Source: Malacoraja senta (Eukaryota). Taken from it: a stretch of 64,000 bases of DNA. This document shows, piece after piece, positions 61,679-64,000 of this stretch; the first letter of the stretch is position 1; each line of letters begins with the position of its first letter. A program made the translations under genes and the position numbers. The notes under the pieces were generated by a model, which did no database searches, was not told the DNA's origin, and saw only the letters and a program-made list of their open reading frames with translations. The stretch lies in assembly GCA_038087875.1 (NCBI GenBank), contig CM075993.1, positions 1,428,001 to 1,492,000 of the forward strand, written 5' to 3'.

Positions 61679-62527
61679 AACGTGGAATTAAAACATCGAT
61701 ATAGTCCTCTCCCCCCACCCTCCCCCTCCCCCTCTCCTCCCTCCCCCTCCCCCTCCCCTGCTCCCCATGAAACCTGGCTGGCTTTGCACCACCCCCCCCC
61801 CCCCCCCACACACACATGCACCATTTACAATGGACACACAATTCACAACCCCCTAGTTTAACAATTCACAAGTGTTTATCCTTTTACACTCACACCTGTC
61901 TTTTCACCTCTGGTTTTATCTAACAATCTGCCTATCAGTTAACCCCCTCGCATCTGCCTATCAGGTAACCCCCAGCTTTCTTTCCTGCCCCCACCCCCAC
62001 AATCAGTCTGAAGAAGGGTCCTGACTCAAAACGTCACCTATCCATGTTCTCCAGAGATGCTGCCTGACCCGCTGAGTTACTCCAGCACTTTGTGTCTTGC
62101 TTCGGTATACACCAGCATCTGCAGTTACTTGTTGTCGCAGTAAAACTTCTATCTTTGGGCCACTGACAGGAGGTGATATTATAACCATTTTATTGGTGGA
62201 TCCCATGGTATTTGTTGTTAGCCTCCATCTATTTTACATAATGGGAAACAAAAAGATTGTTGTTGTTACCACCACTGTACTGGAACATGGATCAGTACAG
62301 CACAGGAGAAGGCCTTTCAGCCCATCATGTCTGTGCCGTACATGAGGCCAAGATCAACGGAACATGATGCATATCCCTCCATTCCCTGCATATTCACTCC
62401 TTTTTATGTCTGAAATGATGACAGAATGGTGACCTTCTGTTGAATGTGAAGTGCAAGACTGTGTTACTCACTCACTGCTCCCCACTGTGGCTTTGCTTGT
62501 GTTAAAACATGTGCTTTTGTGTTCTAG

Positions 62528-62586
62528 GTGAACGATATCTTCAGAAATAATTCCAACTTCGTCGATATCGTAATTAATGGATTTGC
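62528..62586 (+). CDS. Mucin exon: SEA-c2 middle exon; the gene continues beyond the window
   Basis: Duplicate of 47405-47463. Confidence 0.87.
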
Positions 62587-64000
62587 GTAAGTACCATGCT
62601 CCTCCATCACTCAAACAAAGTGTGGTTCAGGTGCTTAAGAAGGAACTGCAGATGCTGGAAAAATCAAAGGTAGATCAAAATGCTGGGGAAACTCAGCGGG
62701 TGAGGCAGCATCTATGAAACTCAGCTGCTGGAAGAAGGGTGTCGACACGAAACGACACCCGTTCCTTCTCTACAGCGATGCTGCTGCCCGTCCCGCTGAG
62801 TTTCTCCAGCATTTTGTGTCTGTTTTTACGGGTGCCAGAACGACCAGAAAGACGCTACGATTCTTTGGGCGACTGAGGATACTACTCACGACCATACAGG
62901 TGACATGTCGCGGGGTGAAGCCTGTATGGTCGTGAGTAGTCGCCCAAAGAGTCGTACCTTGTTCTGGTTGCCACTGGATTTTCCACATGTTGAACATTTT
63001 CGGCGACCTGCAACGACCTAAGACGACGGGTGCCGGCAGTTGCCGAAAAAGTCGCGTAAGTGGGACAGGCCCATGTCTCTTATTATGAGGTCTGTTGGAG
63101 TCCTGTTGGATTAGTGGGGTCATCTTAAGGGCCTGTCCCACTTGTACGACCTAATTGCCGACCTCTGCCGAGTTTGCCCTTGACTCATACTCGCAGCATG
63201 GTGGTCACGAGGTCGTGGGAGGTCTTCGTAACTCTTCCTCGTGCTCGTGAGCGGTCTCCGCGTACTCGTGGCCTCAAGTAGGTCGCGGCGTTTTTTCCAA
63301 CCGGATAAAAAATGTCCACCGGTAAAAAAAGGTCGGCATAGGTCGTCCAAGTGGGACAGGGGCTTAAGGCTCTCAATCTCAGAGATGTTTTTCATGTTTG
63401 TAAAGTTAGTGGGTGTAATCTATGGCTCCCGGTGTGAGAGGTCTGTTGGAGATGTGTTAGATTAGAGGGGGTAAATATAAAATGCTCTGCAAGTTATCCA
63501 AATGGAAAAAAACATCCTCCATTCAAAGTGTGGTGAGAATATGCAGTGTTTGGATAGCAATGCCTTTAGAAAGGCACAGATATACAGAGCAAAGGGTAAA
63601 TGGATTAGGCTGGTTCTATCCTCCGAGGTTAGCCCAAACAGAATGGGCTCAAACAGCATCATCTTCCGTGTTGAAAATGTGCCAAGTGCCGAAGAATATG
63701 TGCACTTTGACCTACACAGTCGCAAATGGCTGTGGAGACTGTTTAGTGTGAACAGGGGCTTACAGCAGTTATTCAACATAAATCCCAACATCTTCACCCT
63801 GCATGCTCCATTTTAACCTCACCCTGTCTTTCACAGAACATAGAATAGTAGAGGCCTTTCAGCCCACCACATCTGTGCTAAACATGCCAAGATAAACTAT
63901 TCTTCACTGTCTGCACGTGATCCATATCCCTCCATTCCCTCCTAACCCCATGCTCCTACCTTCTCCCCATCACCCCTGACACCCGCTCTAATCAATAATC

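Larger units (their letters stand above)
51212..64000 (+). repeat. Second copy of a ~15.1 kb intragenic tandem segmental duplication (first copy starts at ~35570)
   Basis: Exons, introns and nested TEs recur with an offset of about 15110-15130 nt (e.g. 46085 to 61205); few substitutions. Confidence 0.92.

Overview
Repeat-rich eukaryotic DNA, most likely from a cartilaginous fish such as a skate or ray (inferred from HE1-like V-SINEs and HER1/CR1 LINE tails). It contains two 200-N gaps (15123-15322, 37066-37265). From about 27.6 kb to the window end lies a spliced plus-strand mucin gene that I assembled by eye from GT-AG junctions with consistent phases: signal peptide - PTS1 - SEA-a - PTS2 - SEA-a - SEA-b - SEA-c - PTS3 - SEA-a - SEA-b - SEA-c (incomplete). 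The gene was built by tandem intragenic duplications, including a near-identical ~15.1 kb one. The rest is CR1, Rex1/Babar and Penelope-like fragments, V-SINEs, a CORE-type SINE, hAT and TTAA-type MITEs, a tRNA-Asp pseudogene and microsatellites. The most unexpected observation is two sequence-unrelated short (142 and 179 bp) TSD-flanked, (GAA)n-tailed retroposons whose first nucleotide is the first nucleotide of a minimal HDV-like self-cleaving ribozyme fold (22535-22676; 46380-46558, duplicated at 61500-61678). Many minimal hammerhead motifs are also carried by Penelope-derived repeats. Exon and ribozyme coordinates were counted exactly; repeat boundaries are approximate.
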